64,000 nt of DNA, taken from a virus. Each line of letters opens with the position of its first letter. The stretch's first letter is position 1. A program made the translations under genes and the position numbers. The stretch is from the IMG/VR virus record IMGVR_UViG_3300042558_004400, positions 37,706 to 101,705 of that record; one strand, written 5' to 3'. The notes under the pieces are model-generated. The model saw nothing but the letters and a program-made list of their open reading frames with translations, was not told the origin of the DNA and did no database searches. Below are positions 17,215-25,380 of the stretch, piece after piece.

Positions 17215-17897
17215 TTTAAGTTCCAATTTACTAGTACAGGATTAGGGTCTATTATAGACTCGATATGTTGAATGTTATGAAACTCACCTTTGTCTATGGA
17301 CATATATCTCTTATGCTTAATGATCTTATCTTCATCTCTGATGTAACCAAGGTGCTGCATTGCTAGACCTGAGTGAACCCAATAGTTCTTTTGTCTCAAC
17401 CAATCAGACACATATGTTGGCTCAGAACCACAGGCTAGTTTTTTATCTAGGAATGTGCCACCATTTGTGTATCTAAAAATTCTAGAACTATTATTTGGAG
17501 CCCATAATTTGTCAACCCTATACTGTGTTTCGTTCCACATATGATAGAACCTAACATTGACCACATCATAAGGGCTTGACTGCAAAACCTTTTTGAGCTC
17601 TATGCCATCTTCGTGAAACAACATTTCATCGCAATCGATTGCTATAACCCAATCACCCTCTTTGGCTACTGTTTCTAGATTCTTCCAGGCATTAAGTCTA
17701 AGGTGACCTTCATGCTTCTCGAACATTGTTTCACTGTTGCTGAACACCTCTGCGTACTTAGACGCAATTTCTATTGTATTATCTTCTGAGCAGTCATCTG
17801 TAAAGACTATCTTATCTACTTGAGTGGAGAGTCTTTCAAGTACTTTATGTAAGAATCTTCCTGATTCATTTTTTCCCACCATTTGTGCTATTAACAT
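17211..17897 (-). CDS. glycosyltransferase family 2
   Basis: MVGKNE, VFTDDCSEDNT, WVIAIDCDE (DxD). Confidence 0.85.
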   Translation of the reverse strand: MLIAQMVGKNESGRFLHKVLERLSTQVDKIVFTDDCSEDNTIEIASKYAEVFSNSETMFEKHEGHLRLNAWKNLETVAKEGDWVIAIDCDEMLFHEDGIELKKVLQSSPYDVVNVRFYHMWNETQYRVDKLWAPNNSSRIFRYTNGGTFLDKKLACGSEPTYVSDWLRQKNYWVHSGLAMQHLGYIRDEDKIIKHKRYMSIDKGEFHNIQHIESIIDPNPVLVNWNLK

Positions 17898-17915
17898 TTT
17901 TCCTCTTCATAAGTA

Positions 17916-17949
17916 AAGTGGAGGATTAGGAAAACCCAACCCTCCACTT
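17916..17949 (-). terminator. hairpin / probable terminator
   Basis: AAGTGGAGGGTTGGG-TTTT-CCTAATCCTCCACTT; 15-bp stem that is complete only with G-U pairs on the minus RNA; follows the stop at 17963. Confidence 0.65.
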
Positions 17950-17962
17950 AAGATGCTGAATA

Positions 17963-18154
17963 TCAGGCCGTGAATTCTTCTAATTGCTCACGTGCTTCTA
18001 CTGACGAAATGCGCTCAATTTCTGTTGACTTAAACAGAAGCTCTCCATCTGATCCACGGCGACCCATGGCTACTTTTTGTGCTTCTGCTTTATTGTTGGC
18101 TTTGACCAAGCTGGTTGTTGTAACAGCAAAATATTTGAACTTATTGTCTGACAT
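17963..18154 (-). CDS. 63-aa protein, stand-alone paralog of the phosphoesterase N-terminal domain
   Basis: ORF track; AAGGA RBS; ungapped match to the N-terminus of 49193..50467. Confidence 0.8.
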   Translation of the reverse strand: MSDNKFKYFAVTTTSLVKANNKAEAQKVAMGRRGSDGELLFKSTEIERISSVEAREQLEEFTA

Positions 18155-18203
18155 TTTGTTTTCCTTTTATTGATGGCTTTCGCCTGTTAATGTAACGTCT
18201 GTA

Positions 18204-18232
18204 ATTATATCATCGAGCACTTGCGATATCAA
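18204..18232 (-). promoter_or_regulatory. near-consensus sigma70 promoter with extended -10
   Basis: TTGATA(18232-18227)-17 nt ending TGA-TATAAT(18209-18204). Confidence 0.8.
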
Positions 18233-18256
18233 CTTATGAGCAGTATTATTTTTAGA

Positions 18257-19000
18257 CTATAATTTAGATCTAATAGCTGTAGCAGATATAGCTTGAAGTT
18301 CAGGAGAAAGATCAACTTTTTCTATTTTGTATCCAACATCTCTACCATAAATTATATTGGTAATGTTTGGAAATTGAAGAACAAAAGGATTTTTTTCTTT
18401 TGATTCAATAAACTGTTTAACTTCAGAATAAGTAAAGGGATCTTTTTCTGAGGTATTATAAGTAGATCTAACTCCAACTACAACTTGATTAGTTCTTTTG
18501 TGGGCTTCTATCTTGAGTGCAGAGTGTCCATCATGCCAAGGCTGATAACGGCCAAGCAACAAAGTAGTTGGCTTAGTCCAGTCTACGAGCTTAAATCGAT
18601 CAATAACAAAGTCAACTTCTTGTTCAATAGTAAGATGTGGCTTTATTCTAATGTCATAATTTATTGGATCTTGCCATATAGCGTTAGTATCTTTATATTG
18701 ACTTTCATCTATTCTATCTACCCATATAATTTTATCGGCCTGACCAAAAGATTCTCTTGTAGCCTCTGTAGGACATATGAAGTCAACTACGACATCTCTA
18801 TCTTGATCAGAAATAAGTCTGGCAATAGCCCCAACTCTTCTCGCTTGTTCTATACGGTCCTCTATAGAGAAGCCGAGATCAGAGCTAAGATCAGCTCTTA
18901 CTGCATCAGCATTAATATGAATTGCGTTAGTCTTAGCTGCCAATTGAGTAGCTAGCGCTGTTTTGCCAGCTCCCGGCAAACCTATAATTAATATTATCAT
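18257..19000 (-). CDS. adenylylsulfate-kinase-like P-loop domain fused to a cytidylyltransferase-like (HxGH) domain
   Basis: GLPGAGKT, NADAVR...LGFSIEDRIEQARR; LLGRYQPWHDGH...ISATAIR. Confidence 0.75.
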   Translation of the reverse strand: MIILIIGLPGAGKTALATQLAAKTNAIHINADAVRADLSSDLGFSIEDRIEQARRVGAIARLISDQDRDVVVDFICPTEATRESFGQADKIIWVDRIDESQYKDTNAIWQDPINYDIRIKPHLTIEQEVDFVIDRFKLVDWTKPTTLLLGRYQPWHDGHSALKIEAHKRTNQVVVGVRSTYNTSEKDPFTYSEVKQFIESKEKNPFVLQFPNITNIIYGRDVGYKIEKVDLSPELQAISATAIRSKL

Positions 19001-19707
19001 AAGATAAACCTATCTTTTTTAGTAGTAGACAATCCTATAACTCTATCATAGGAGTTATAAGCTAGTTGCATTATATCATCAAACCTAGAGGTCATAAGAT
19101 ATTCTTGCATTTTGATATCACGGCTAGAATGAGGCTCTACTTCATGAGGATCTACATATTCTGTAGCAGGTAATAACTTAGCAATGGACTTTGTTAAAGA
19201 ATTATTGTTATCGCCGGCAATAGAATCAAACGGAACAACAAAGATATCATCAATATTATTGTATATAAAATCTGTCATTCTAATATAGAATAAAAAACAT
19301 TTTTCTATATAAAGATAATCATCTTCAGTATAGATATAATCCTTTAAAGGATTTAAAATTCCGTTTACATTATTGTGATGGATAAATTCAGATATATAAG
19401 AACTGACTGATTTTAAAGGATCTCTAAAAGTAGAAAAAACAAAATGATTATCACTAATTGCCTCTTTAAAAGCAACTTCCTTATGACACAAGGGAAATGG
19501 CATAGCTGCTTGGGAAAAAGCTAAAAGGATCTTTCTTCTAAGATATCTATTGCCTTGTCTTGGAAAACCGTCAACAGTAACTTTAAAAAAACCTTCTTTT
19601 CTAACTTGAAAATCTATGTTATCTATATAGAGATCATCAGTGGTCTCAACCCATGCTCTATTAATTTTAGACCATCCACCGGAATCAGGAGCTAAATATT
19701 TTTTCAT
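18997..19707 (-). CDS. sulfotransferase-family protein
   Basis: DGFPRQGNRYL (5'-PSB-like) and FRDPLKSVSSY (3'-PB-like). Confidence 0.65.
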   Translation of the reverse strand: MKKYLAPDSGGWSKINRAWVETTDDLYIDNIDFQVRKEGFFKVTVDGFPRQGNRYLRRKILLAFSQAAMPFPLCHKEVAFKEAISDNHFVFSTFRDPLKSVSSYISEFIHHNNVNGILNPLKDYIYTEDDYLYIEKCFLFYIRMTDFIYNNIDDIFVVPFDSIAGDNNNSLTKSIAKLLPATEYVDPHEVEPHSSRDIKMQEYLMTSRFDDIMQLAYNSYDRVIGLSTTKKDRFIL

Positions 19708-19716
19708 ATTTGTACC

Positions 19717-20121
19717 CTAATTAATTGGATAATGAATAGTTATATATTCTATGGCATCTTCTATGTTTTCTAAAATTTTAGTTGACATATACTTCATGTA
19801 TGGGCGATCTTTATTTTGATTAGAACACATTACTATCGTTGGCTGATCATGCATTTTAGCCCAGGCCATTTCGTAGTCAGTTCCTATGTACGCACGATCT
19901 TCTAACATATACTCAACCAAAAGTATATCAGACTTCTTCTGCATGAAAAGATTTTTTTGCACGATTTCTTCCGGACACATGTTGTTGGCTTCAGGTATGG
20001 AGGTTGGATCCAGCACTTTGTACCCACGCTGAGACAACATAAAGGTCGCTTCTTTTCTCCACCCTTTTGCATAATCGCCAACATAATCCATGGCACCTGC
20101 CAAATACACTGTAATACTCAT
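19717..20121 (-). CDS. nucleoside 2-deoxyribosyltransferase / nucleotide N-glycosidase family
   Basis: VYLAGAM...W, LDPT, SDILLV, GTDYEMAWA. Confidence 0.8.
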   Translation of the reverse strand: MSITVYLAGAMDYVGDYAKGWRKEATFMLSQRGYKVLDPTSIPEANNMCPEEIVQKNLFMQKKSDILLVEYMLEDRAYIGTDYEMAWAKMHDQPTIVMCSNQNKDRPYMKYMSTKILENIEDAIEYITIHYPIN

Positions 20122-20522
20122 ACTGGCCAATGGTACTCTAGGTTTGATGGCTCGTCAAAATATTCAGAGTAATATTCATAATCTTTTCTAAGAAGATTAG
20201 ATCTATGAGATCTATGAAATACATCTTCGCCAAACCAAGAAGGGTATATTATTGAAGAATGATCTACGTCTTCAAACTTCATATTATTTTTATAACCTCT
20301 ATCTATCCATTCAAGAATAGTATAGTTTTGATACAACTTTAAAGCTTCTTCATATCCAGTCCACATTCTTGTAACTGGATGATTGCGCCAACCCTTAGTG
20401 GGAGTTCTTTCCATCAATATGTTAAGGACCTGGAATGTTTCTACTCTTTGTTTGCCCAACCGACGGTAGTCTAAAACCTTTACTGATTGCACAAAATCAG
20501 GATATGGTAAAAATGTTTGCAT
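20118..20522 (-). CDS. pyrimidine dimer DNA glycosylase, MSMEG_6728-like
   Basis: MQTFLPYPDF, LDYRRLGKQRVE, NHPVTRMW, HRSHRSNLLRKD. Confidence 0.85.
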   Translation of the reverse strand: MQTFLPYPDFVQSVKVLDYRRLGKQRVETFQVLNILMERTPTKGWRNHPVTRMWTGYEEALKLYQNYTILEWIDRGYKNNMKFEDVDHSSIIYPSWFGEDVFHRSHRSNLLRKDYEYYSEYFDEPSNLEYHWPV

Positions 20523-20923
20523 TATTTTTCTTTCTTGAATTCCTGGAATGTCTTGTCGCCTACACCAAAGTATTCTCTAGCTAAGCCAGCAGAAACTATG
20601 TCTGTATTTAGACAAGCTCCTGCTTCATTCCATACTTTAGCAAGTATTCTTCCGTATTTCTCATTTTTATCAAGAATTGTTTCTATTTTAATTTTGCTAC
20701 CTGCAGCTGTGATCCATTGATCAGTAAACTCTTTAGCAGCCAGCCCCATTTTCTTTTCTTCAATATTTTTAGTACGGCTTTCCGGAGTATTAACACCATA
20801 AAGTCTTACTCTACCTTTTCTAAAGGTATCAAATCCTAAGTCAATAAGGATATCAAATGTATCCCCATCAACTATTTTTTTAACTTCTGCATTATAGATC
20901 CACGGGTTTAATTTTTCATTCAT
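20522..20923 (-). CDS. thermonuclease (SNase-like)
   Basis: KKIVDGDT...RVRLYGVNTPE...EKYGRILA...GLA; start refined to MNEKLN. Confidence 0.85.
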   Translation of the reverse strand: MNEKLNPWIYNAEVKKIVDGDTFDILIDLGFDTFRKGRVRLYGVNTPESRTKNIEEKKMGLAAKEFTDQWITAAGSKIKIETILDKNEKYGRILAKVWNEAGACLNTDIVSAGLAREYFGVGDKTFQEFKKEK

Positions 20924-20939
20924 TTTATTTTCTTTCTTT

Positions 20940-21485
20940 TTATTGCGGAGAAAAGTTTGCACTTATAACAATTCTTTCTTCCTTATTTAAGTGCAAGCTA
21001 GTCATGTGAGGAATAGCTGAATTAAAAATTAACAACATTCCTTCTTCTGGCTTTATTTTAACTTGATATTCAAATGTATTAAAAGCTGTTACAATGAATA
21101 TTAACTCTGCACTATTATCTGGCACATTAGTATACAATGTTATGGATAAAAAATCATTTAAATTTTTCATATTAGGTCTTTTATGACTATGATACATAGT
21201 TGATTGACCGTAGCTAAGTACAATCGCCCAAATAGCATCGCACTTCATTATTTTGCCAGATACTTCAGAGACTTTGTCAGTAATAAATGACTTTAGTAAA
21301 TTACCTTGTTCAGTTTCAGGGAAAATACTATCTTGATATCTATTGTCTGTTATGTCTGAGGATCTACGTGTATTGCTAATTTCTTTTATTTGATTATTTA
21401 TTATTTCAAAATTAAAATCTTTTATCATATACTTCTTTACGTCAAGATTAATTAACTCTATTGGATCGCAAACTTCTGTTTCCAC
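20940..21485 (-). CDS. 2OG-Fe(II) oxygenase-like protein
   Basis: W...YHSH...LSITLY...PEEGMLLIFNSAIPH...RIVISANF. Confidence 0.75.
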   Translation of the reverse strand: METEVCDPIELINLDVKKYMIKDFNFEIINNQIKEISNTRRSSDITDNRYQDSIFPETEQGNLLKSFITDKVSEVSGKIMKCDAIWAIVLSYGQSTMYHSHKRPNMKNLNDFLSITLYTNVPDNSAELIFIVTAFNTFEYQVKIKPEEGMLLIFNSAIPHMTSLHLNKEERIVISANFSPQ

Positions 21486-21486
21486 A

Positions 21487-22302
21487 TTAATCTCTTTCTA
21501 TTCCTATGTGATCGCATGCTTTTCTAAATATTTCTCTACTTATAGGGAAGTACTTGTCTGCGTGACTGATGCCTTCTCCTGGCTTTGGCGTTGATGCATG
21601 CCAGCTATGACCAATCGATATTGATCCATCATATACTACGTTGTAGCCTAAGTATCTTGCAAAGTAGGAGCACCAAGTTTCTTCATAGTAGTGTGGCGTT
21701 GGCAAAAAAGCTCCTATTGCATCAGGGTATAGTTCTCGATACTTTTTATTATTAGTCATATCATCCCATACATCTCTTCTTACAAAATAAGCAGATCCTG
21801 ATACTGTAACGCAATCAATCTGATCCTTATAAAGAGAGTCTTGCGGATCATGCTCTCGCCATCCTCTATGCTTAGGTTGCGTATTGGTACCGATTATTCC
21901 TGCATGAGTTATATAACCATGCTCATCTCTTTGCTTTGGCCCAAGTATGTGAATGTTTGGATTATTAGCAAATGCTTTTTCTATATTTAAACAGTCTTCG
22001 CTGGTCATCCAAACGTCACCGTTTAATACTCCAACTATTTCTGAGCTACTGTTGGAAGCCATGTAGTTGATTGCAGAAGAGTACCCTATGTTCTCTCTTA
22101 GGAATGTTCTATCAATTAGATAGCGTTCCTCATTTTTTCTAAGCCAAGGAACAAAGTCATCTGTAGAATCATTGTCCATGATATAAAGGTTCCAGTTTTT
22201 TACGAGCGCACCATTTGGATTATAAACATCTGAGTGCAAAGTATCCAAAAATCTCTGCAACAGTCTTCTTGTATTATAATTTACAACACATAAATCAATC
22301 AT
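21487..22302 (-). CDS. glycosyltransferase family 2
   Basis: LCVVNYN, MDNDSTD, ENIGYSSAIN, VLNGDV, YYEETW. Confidence 0.85.
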   Translation of the reverse strand: MIDLCVVNYNTRRLLQRFLDTLHSDVYNPNGALVKNWNLYIMDNDSTDDFVPWLRKNEERYLIDRTFLRENIGYSSAINYMASNSSSEIVGVLNGDVWMTSEDCLNIEKAFANNPNIHILGPKQRDEHGYITHAGIIGTNTQPKHRGWREHDPQDSLYKDQIDCVTVSGSAYFVRRDVWDDMTNNKKYRELYPDAIGAFLPTPHYYEETWCSYFARYLGYNVVYDGSISIGHSWHASTPKPGEGISHADKYFPISREIFRKACDHIGIERD

Positions 22303-22573
22303 GGGTTTCTCCTAATACCATTTCTCTATGAGCTTTAGAAATAAGCGTTAAGTTAAATGCTTCTTCATAGTTTAGCCCAGAATTTATTAAGCAGATAAAC
22401 TCCTGTTTAGCACCCTCTAGATCGTACAGGCAAAATTCCTGCAACCTATTGAGGTACTGCATCCAGTTAACTTCATCTTTTTGTAAAGACTTTTTTCTAA
22501 ATGATACGTTAGCTAATAAAGTTCCTATCAAAAAAGAAACTATAACTGTCTTTGTATGCTTACCATTTTTCAT
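22295..22573 (-). CDS. hypothetical protein (N-terminal hydrophobic segment)
   Basis: ORF track; start uncertain. Confidence 0.6.
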   Translation of the reverse strand: MKNGKHTKTVIVSFLIGTLLANVSFRKKSLQKDEVNWMQYLNRLQEFCLYDLEGAKQEFICLINSGLNYEEAFNLTLISKAHREMVLGETHD

Positions 22574-22799
22574 CTGCATAATCTTCTTCTGGACTAAAAT
22601 ATGTTTCTCTAACGTATAATCTAATTTCATCTGCTATCTGAAGCAAGGATCTTTTCTCTTCTTTGTCCACAGAATCTTTAGCCATAGAATCATACATGGA
22701 AATTATATGATCAAATCTATCCATGTCAGCAACATATACTGCTTGCCCTGGAAGTACTTTTACATTAATTTTTTTCTTTGTATTTAATTTCTTACTCAT
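22560..22799 (-). CDS. hypothetical protein
   Basis: ORF track; operon packing. Confidence 0.7.
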   Translation of the reverse strand: MSKKLNTKKKINVKVLPGQAVYVADMDRFDHIISMYDSMAKDSVDKEEKRSLLQIADEIRLYVRETYFSPEEDYADEKW

Positions 22800-23028
22800 C
22801 GCTTTGTTTCTTACTCTTGATCTCTGCGCCCATTACATCTTCTTCTGGCACTTGATAAACGCAAAGGTTATTTTTGTCTGGCTCAAATGTAATGAATAAA
22901 ACTTTCTTTTGCTTTAATGAATACCCTTCCGGCGGTGGTGATTCTAGTGCAATCTTCTTTGAGGCGCAACCAAAGACTTGGCTTAGTCCCTCATATGTAA
23001 CAATGTAATTTAATTTTCCAGCTGCCAT
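22792..23028 (-). CDS. hypothetical protein
   Basis: ORF track; start refined to MAAGKLNY. Confidence 0.7.
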   Translation of the reverse strand: MAAGKLNYIVTYEGLSQVFGCASKKIALESPPPEGYSLKQKKVLFITFEPDKNNLCVYQVPEEDVMGAEIKSKKQSDE

Positions 23029-23492
23029 TTTTCTATTCCAGTTAAAGATACTCCACATTTTTGGAGAAAATTATAAACGTTATCCCAATCCTTATATTCA
23101 GAGTTTACCAAGTAGTATACTTCTTCTATCGTACTATTGGCTATCATTTTAGCACAAGTAAAGCATGGTGGTCCATTAACAAACATCTTTTTTGGACTTA
23201 AACTATAATCACAATGAAGTAGGGCGTTCTGTTCTGCGTGAATTGCTATGCAGTTATCATAATTAGATCCAGCTTGTGAATTTTCATGTAGTCTTGGACA
23301 TCCACCATCGTTACAGTGCTGAAGTCCACTTGGCCCACCATTATATCCTACGCTAACGATGCGATTATTATCATCTATTAAAACCGCTGCGTACTGTTTT
23401 TTTGCGCACGTAGAAAAAATCTTAGCTGTTTCAATACACAATTGCATGTACTTCTTTTCTTTTGTCCTATATAATATCTTAGGTAACGTCAT
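23010..23492 (-). CDS. dCMP deaminase
   Basis: STCAKKQYAAV...GYNG...HAEQNAL...PCFTCAKMI; start refined to MTLPK. Confidence 0.9.
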   Translation of the reverse strand: MTLPKILYRTKEKKYMQLCIETAKIFSTCAKKQYAAVLIDDNNRIVSVGYNGGPSGLQHCNDGGCPRLHENSQAGSNYDNCIAIHAEQNALLHCDYSLSPKKMFVNGPPCFTCAKMIANSTIEEVYYLVNSEYKDWDNVYNFLQKCGVSLTGIEKWQLEN

Positions 23493-24105
23493 AATGGTAT
23501 CTATTATCATCAGATGTTTTCCACTTATTTGCATCTTCAACATCCCATTTTCTAGTGTTGACAAACCTATCAATTAGATTTCCTTCCTTAGTCGTAAAGG
23601 ATGGATCGAATAATCTGACTCTATTATTTGGCTGTATTGCGTAGTTGCCATCATCTCTGAGCATGACGTGACCACACTTGTGCTGACCAGGGTTTGTGCT
23701 AAATCCAAGGTTTATAGTATTGTCATCTGGAGCATGCCAATCAAGAGTGAATAGATACTTTGTGTCAACAAACTCTCCAGATCTACTTACGTATTTCATT
23801 CTCATATTTCTCATAGCTTGAAATTCAGTAACAGCTATGTGAGGACTAAAAGAGTTCCATAGAACAAGTTCGTGAATATCAACTTCAGGAACTCCTGGTC
23901 TTTCGCAGAAAGCATTTATAGGCATGCGCCACCAAATCCCTCCATCCTCCATTAGGAAATGAAATAGTGGGCTTCTCCCTTGAATGCTTGTTACTCCAAA
24001 AATCATGCAAGGAAAATATTTACCATGAGAGTCTAACTGATCTCTCAAGAAGTTCCCTCTAACATAGCACTCGATCATCGGTACATTAGCGTTAAGTTCT
24101 GGCAT
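23479..24105 (-). CDS. conserved phage protein of unknown function (MPELNANVP...CYVR type)
   Basis: ORF track; typical aquatic-phage N-terminus (recognition only). Confidence 0.75.
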   Translation of the reverse strand: MPELNANVPMIECYVRGNFLRDQLDSHGKYFPCMIFGVTSIQGRSPLFHFLMEDGGIWWRMPINAFCERPGVPEVDIHELVLWNSFSPHIAVTEFQAMRNMRMKYVSRSGEFVDTKYLFTLDWHAPDDNTINLGFSTNPGQHKCGHVMLRDDGNYAIQPNNRVRLFDPSFTTKEGNLIDRFVNTRKWDVEDANKWKTSDDNRYHYDVT

Positions 24106-24135
24106 TGTGTCTATGAAACTTTCTTATTAGTACAA

Positions 24136-24303
24136 TCAGACTATGGATAATATCAGGCCACATGCAAAAGATAATACAATTGATGCGCTTAACATTATGA
24201 TTCTTGTTCTATTGTTTTTTTCAATGTGAGATGCAAACTGTAAGCCGTTTGACCAATTGATCAGTATAGCAAACAGTAGCGAAATAATTATGTTTGTTAC
24301 CAT
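24136..24303 (-). CDS. small two-TM membrane protein (55 aa), not in ORF track
   Basis: Manual translation MVTNIIISLLFAILINWSNGLQFASHIEKNNRTRIIMLSASIVLSFACGLILSIV*. Confidence 0.65.
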   Translation of the reverse strand: MVTNIIISLLFAILINWSNGLQFASHIEKNNRTRIIMLSASIVLSFACGLILSIV

Positions 24304-24308
24304 TTGAG

Positions 24309-25010
24309 TTAATGTCCTGTCAACAAAGATTTAAAGCTTATCGGGAATAGTGGCTCTACAATTTCTTTTATGGCTTTAGCGTATTCTTGTATCTCAAACT
24401 GAGACTCTTCTGCAAGTCTCTGAGACAAGAACAGCACAACAGACTGCAAGGAGCATGACCATCTATAGACTACATACATAGAATATGCTGGCAAGAATAA
24501 TCTAGCCTGCTCTGGGGCTATCCCATTGTCCATAGCCATGTTGTACAAGGCCTCACCCTGCTCTGCGTGTCTAGCTAGGGTGTCTGTCAGCAGAGAGCCC
24601 ACAAAGGGGTCTGCCAGGCCGTGTGAGCCTTGTTTCTTATCCTCTGGAGCTAGTCTCCACTCTTCAACTTTTGGTATGTAGAACTCAGGGTCCATCGTTA
24701 TATATCTTCTTGAAGATTCATTCCAAGAATCCATAGTATGATCTGATCCAACGACGTACTTCCAGTGCTGACGAGCCACCATCAATGGAGCTTTAAACTC
24801 CAGGGTAACAAATGCATGACGAAATGGAGACATGTGGTTTTCTCTAGCCAAGAAGTCTATAAGTCTTGCATCGCTTTTAGACATCTCATGTGATTCCTTA
24901 GCAAAAGATGCTCTAGCAGCATTCACTACGGATAAGTCGCTACCCATTTTATCTACAAGTCTTACGTAACCTTTGTCTAGTACATCAATGGTCTTATTCT
25001 CAATAGACAT
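24309..25010 (-). CDS. thyX: flavin-dependent thymidylate synthase (variant motif)
   Basis: GYVRLVDKMGSDLSVVNAARAS, HMSPF, KAPLMVARQ, WNESSRRY, PEQARLFLP, QFEIQEYA. Confidence 0.85.
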   Translation of the reverse strand: MSIENKTIDVLDKGYVRLVDKMGSDLSVVNAARASFAKESHEMSKSDARLIDFLARENHMSPFRHAFVTLEFKAPLMVARQHWKYVVGSDHTMDSWNESSRRYITMDPEFYIPKVEEWRLAPEDKKQGSHGLADPFVGSLLTDTLARHAEQGEALYNMAMDNGIAPEQARLFLPAYSMYVVYRWSCSLQSVVLFLSQRLAEESQFEIQEYAKAIKEIVEPLFPISFKSLLTGH

Positions 25011-25370
25011 TTAGTTTTCGCCTTCTTCTTCTTCATCATAATCTTCGTCTTCATTCAACAGATCTAAATCCATATCATCTAGTATAGCATCTGACTTAGA
25101 AACATGTATGAATAAATCCTCAGAAGCCTGATAGAGATCTGCCATATATTTTTCTGTATCTTCTGCAACAGTATAATCTTTTTCTGTATACAATCTATAG
25201 ATCATAGAGTTAATGCAGATTAAAGCATCCATTAAAGATTCTTGAACTAATAGAAGGTTCTTAATATCGATAACTTCTTGGTCTTTAGAGTCGTTCAAAC
25301 CTTCTATTGAATTAGAAGACATAATTTCTGAAAACATTTTATTAATGTCGTCTTCTTCATACTTAGACAT
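25011..25370 (-). CDS. acidic hypothetical protein
   Basis: ORF track; start refined to MSKYEE. Confidence 0.7.
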   Translation of the reverse strand: MSKYEEDDINKMFSEIMSSNSIEGLNDSKDQEVIDIKNLLLVQESLMDALICINSMIYRLYTEKDYTVAEDTEKYMADLYQASEDLFIHVSKSDAILDDMDLDLLNEDEDYDEEEEGEN

Positions 25371-25380
25371 TTTTATCCTA

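Noticed and set aside
22295-23573. Long ORF overlaps around 22560-22630, 23010-23058 and 23479-23573
   Set aside because: Artefacts of upstream-most start choice; downstream ATGs give ordinary coupled overlaps
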